From Eledone cirrhosa (taxonomy: Eukaryota): 64,000 bases of DNA. The translations under genes were made by a program, and so were the position numbers. The notes under the pieces are model-generated. The model had not been told where the DNA came from. It ran no database searches and worked only from the letters and a program-made list of their open reading frames with translations. Positions 60,800 through 64,000 of the stretch are shown piece after piece; position 1 is the stretch's first letter; each line of letters begins with the position of its first letter. The stretch covers positions 186,001 through 250,000 of the forward strand of contig CAXHJY010001439.1 of the NCBI GenBank assembly GCA_964016885.1. Reading direction: 5' to 3'.

Positions 60800-62330
60800 G
60801 GGGAGTATGTGTAGAGTGTTATGGTGTATGTGTGTATATAATGTATGTAGTGTAATGTGGTGTGTAGAATGTTATGTTGTATGTGTGTCTGTGTGTATAT
60901 ATAATGTAATGTAGTGTGATATAGTGTGTAGAGTGTTATTGAGAATGTGTATATATAATACATATAGTGTAATGCGGTGTGTAAAATGATAAATTGTATG
61001 TATGTATATAATGTATGTAGTGTAATGTAGTGTAGTGTAGTGTAGTAAGGTGTGGTGTAGTGTAGTATGGTGTAGTGTAGTGTAGTAAGGTGTGGCGTAG
61101 TATAGTATGGTGTAGTGTGGTGTGGTGTAGTGTGGTGTAGTGTGGTGTGGTGTAGTGTGGTGTAGGGTAGTGTAGTGTAGTAAGGTGTGGTGTAGTATAG
61201 TATGGTGTAGTGTGGTGTGGTGTAGTGTGGTGTAGTGTGGTGTAGTGTAGTAAGGTGTGGTGTGGTGTAGTGTGGTGTAGTGTGGTGTAGTGTGGTGTAG
61301 TGTATAAGGTTCGGTGTAGTGTAGTGTGGTGTGGTGTTGTGTGGTGTAGTGTAGTGTGGTGTGGTGTGGTCTGGTGTGGTGTGGTGTAGTGTGGTGTACT
61401 GTAGTGTAGTGTGGTGTAGTGTGGTGTAGTGTAGTGTAGTGTGGTGTAGTGTGGTGTAGTGTGGGTGTACTGTAGTGTGGTGTAGTGTGGTGTACTGTAG
61501 TGTGGTGTAGTGTTGTGTAGTGTGGTGTAGTGTAGTAAGGTGTGGTGTAGTGTAGTGTGGTGTAGTGTGGTGTAGTGTGGTGTGGTGTAGCGTGGTGTAG
61601 TGTGGTGTGGTGTGGTGTGGTATGGTGTAGTGTGGTGTAATGTGGTGTAGTGTGGTGTGGTGAAATGTGGTGTAATGTGGTGTACTTGGCCATGTGGTGT
61701 GGTATGGTGTAGTGTGGTATGGTGTAGTGTGGTGTAATGTGGTGTAATGTGGTGTACTTGGCCATGTGGTGTGGTATGGTGTAGTGTGGTATGGTGTAAT
61801 GTGGTGTAATGTGGTGTACTTGGCCATGTGGTGTGGTATGGTGTAGTGTGGTATGGTGTAGTGTGGTGTAATGTGGTGTAGTGTGGTGTAATGTGGTGTA
61901 ATGTGGTGTACTTGGCCATGTGGTGTGGTATGGTGTAGTGTGGTATGGTGTAGTGTGGTGTAATGTGGTGTAATGTGGTGTACTTGGCCATGTGGTGAGG
62001 TATGATGTGGTGCAAAGGGCGCTGTGTTGTGGTTTGTAGAGAGATGACGTAAGTTCTGGTGTAGTATAGTGGTTTTGGTCATATGGTGTATAGAGTGGTG
62101 TGGTGTATAGGAGGGTGTGGTGTGGTGTTCTGTATAGGGTGGTGTTGTGTGGTGTATAGGGTGGTGTGGTGTGCTGTATAGGGTGGTGTGGTGTGGTGTA
62201 TAGGAGGGTGTGGTGTGGTGTGCTGTATAGGGTGGTGTGGTGTTCTGTATAGGGTGGTGTATAGGGTGTATAGGGTGGTGTATAGGGTGGTGTGGTGTGG
62301 TGTGCTGTGGTGTTATGTTGTAATGGGTTG
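60800..62330. repeat. (GTGTA/GTGTG)n pentamer satellite with higher-order units marked by ttggccatg
   Basis: Direct reading. Confidence 0.9.
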
Positions 62331-62403
62331 GGAAATATGGAGATAGTGGTGGTATATTGTATGTATAAATAATGGATACATTTAACCTGGTGTATATGTA
62401 TAT

Positions 62404-62454
<51 letters not shown>

Positions 62455-62689
62455 TATATATATAGTGTATGTAATGTAACGTGGTGTGTATGGTATGGTG
62501 TGGTGTAGATGTTTATATGGTGTTATGAGTATAGTGTCATGGTTGTGTTATATAGAGTTATGTGGTGGTGGTGTGTAGTGGTGGTGGTGGTGGTGATGGT
62601 GGTGGTGGTGGTGATGGTGGTGGCGGTGGTGGTGGCGGTGGCGATGATGGTTGTTTGACGTAACGAAGAAGACAAATAATAATAATAAG

Positions 62690-62995
62690 AAGAAGAAGAG
62701 GAGGAGAAAGGAAAAGAAGAGAGAGAAGAAAAAGAAGGAAAAGAGGAAGAAGAAGAAGAATGAGAAAAAGAAGACTACAAAGATGAAGAGAAAAGAGGAG
62801 AAGAGAAAGAAGGAAAAGACGAAGAAGAAGGCAAAGAAGAAGAAGAAGAAGAAGAAGAGAAAGGAGGAGAAGAGAAGAAGAAAAAGAAAAAGAAGAGGAA
62901 GAGGAAGAATGAGAAAAAGAAGAAGACAACAAAGAATAAGAGAAAGGAGGAGAAGAGAAAGAAGAAGAGCAGGAAAAGAAAAAGAAGAATAAGAA
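62690..62995. repeat. Purine-rich (GAA)n-like tract
   Basis: Direct reading. Confidence 0.85.
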
Positions 62996-63254
62996 GACGG
63001 GATAAAACCAGGAAACTGACTGTTCAGAATGGTCTTTTTACGGCAGTTTGAACGATTGGCACTGAAACTGGACACAGGATATACAAACAGCAATGACCAT
63101 TAAGCTGAAGGCTAAGTGAAGTGCGCATGCGTATGGAACTAATGGCCATTATCAAGTTACGTTAGGCCGAAGAATGGCCATCTTTAACGGGTGTAAATGT
63201 CAATAAGAATGGTTTTAACTCTCTGTAACAGCTGCTGGTTGTTGGCCCTATGTA

Positions 63255-64000
63255 ATGTTGGTGGTGTTGTTGGTGTTGGTGTTGTTGGTGCTGTTGGTGT
63301 TGTTGGTGGTGTTGTTGGTGTTGTTGGTGTTGTTGGTGTTGGTGTTATTGGTGTTGTTGGTGGTGTTGTTGTTGTTGGTGGTGTTGTTGGTGTTGGTGTT
63401 GTTGGTGTTGTTGGTGTTGTTGGTGGTGTTGTTGGTGTTGTTGGTGTTGTTGGTGTTGGTGTTATTGGTGTTGTTGGTGGTGTTGTTGTTGTTGGTGGTG
63501 TTGTTGGTGTTGGTGTTGTTGGTGTTGTTGGTGTTGTTGGTGTTGGTGGTGTTGTTGGTGTTGTTGGTGTTGGTGGTGTTGTTGGTGTTGTTGGTGTTGG
63601 TGTTATTGGTGTTGTTGGTGTTGTTGGTGTTGTTGGTGGTGTTGTTGGTGTTGTTGGTGTTGGTGGTGTTGTTGGTGTTGGTGTTATTGGTGTTGTGGGT
63701 GTTGTTGGTGTTGTTGGTGGTGTTGTTGGTGTTGTTGGTGTTGTTGGTGTTATTGGTGTTGTTTGTGTCGTTGTTGGTGTTGTTGGTGTTGTTGGTGTTG
63801 TTGGTGTTGTTGGTGATGTTGGTGGTGTTGGTGGTGTTGTTGGTGTTGTTGGTGTTGGTGGTGTTATTGGTGTTGTTGGTGTTGTTGGTGTTGTTGGTGG
63901 TGTTGTTGGTGTTGTTGGTGTTGGTGGTGTTGTTGGTGTTGGTGTTATTGGTGTTGTTTGTGTCGTTGGTGATGTTGGTGGTGTTGTTGGTGTTATTGGT
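63255..64000. repeat. (GTT/GGT)n array
   Basis: Direct reading. Confidence 0.9.

Noticed and set aside
60787-62407. His/Thr/Tyr/Pro-rich 400-500 aa ORFs
   Set aside because: Pentamer satellite open in all three minus frames.
62548-63093. Phe/Leu-rich (-) and Lys/Arg-rich (+) ORFs
   Set aside because: Translations of a GAA-rich purine tract.

Overview
This is extremely AT-rich, microsatellite-saturated eukaryotic DNA. It is most likely from a cephalopod such as Octopus, inferred from the tRNA-headed Nin/CORE-type SINEs and the (TA)n load. Almost all ORFs in the supplied track are simple-repeat artefacts. The unique islands between the (TA)n runs are mostly retroelement remnants: RTE-derived bipartite elements, a CR1-like LINE, an R4/Dong RLE fragment inside (TAA)n, Tx1-like 3' ends inside (GATA)n, SINEs and a non-autonomous Helitron. 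There is also a 4.16-kb near-perfect tandem duplication. The main result is a dense set of type I hammerhead ribozyme (HHR) motifs read by eye: 17 with an intact CUGANGA/GAAA/UH core, 3 U3-A8 core variants, about 7 decayed copies and several 3' halves. They sit in short fold-back (Penelope pLTR-like) elements inserted in (TA)n. One family forms ORF-less, highly structured 310-bp and 316-bp units in tandem and inverted arrays at 22.8-26.5 kb, like a retrozyme. It shows covarying stems. One of its junctions (26337), and the 5' end of a copy from a second HHR family (24659), fall at the predicted self-cleavage site. One plausible host exon (6351-6558) encodes the C-terminal part of a small Cys-rich peptide. 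All structures were read manually; no folding or database search was run.
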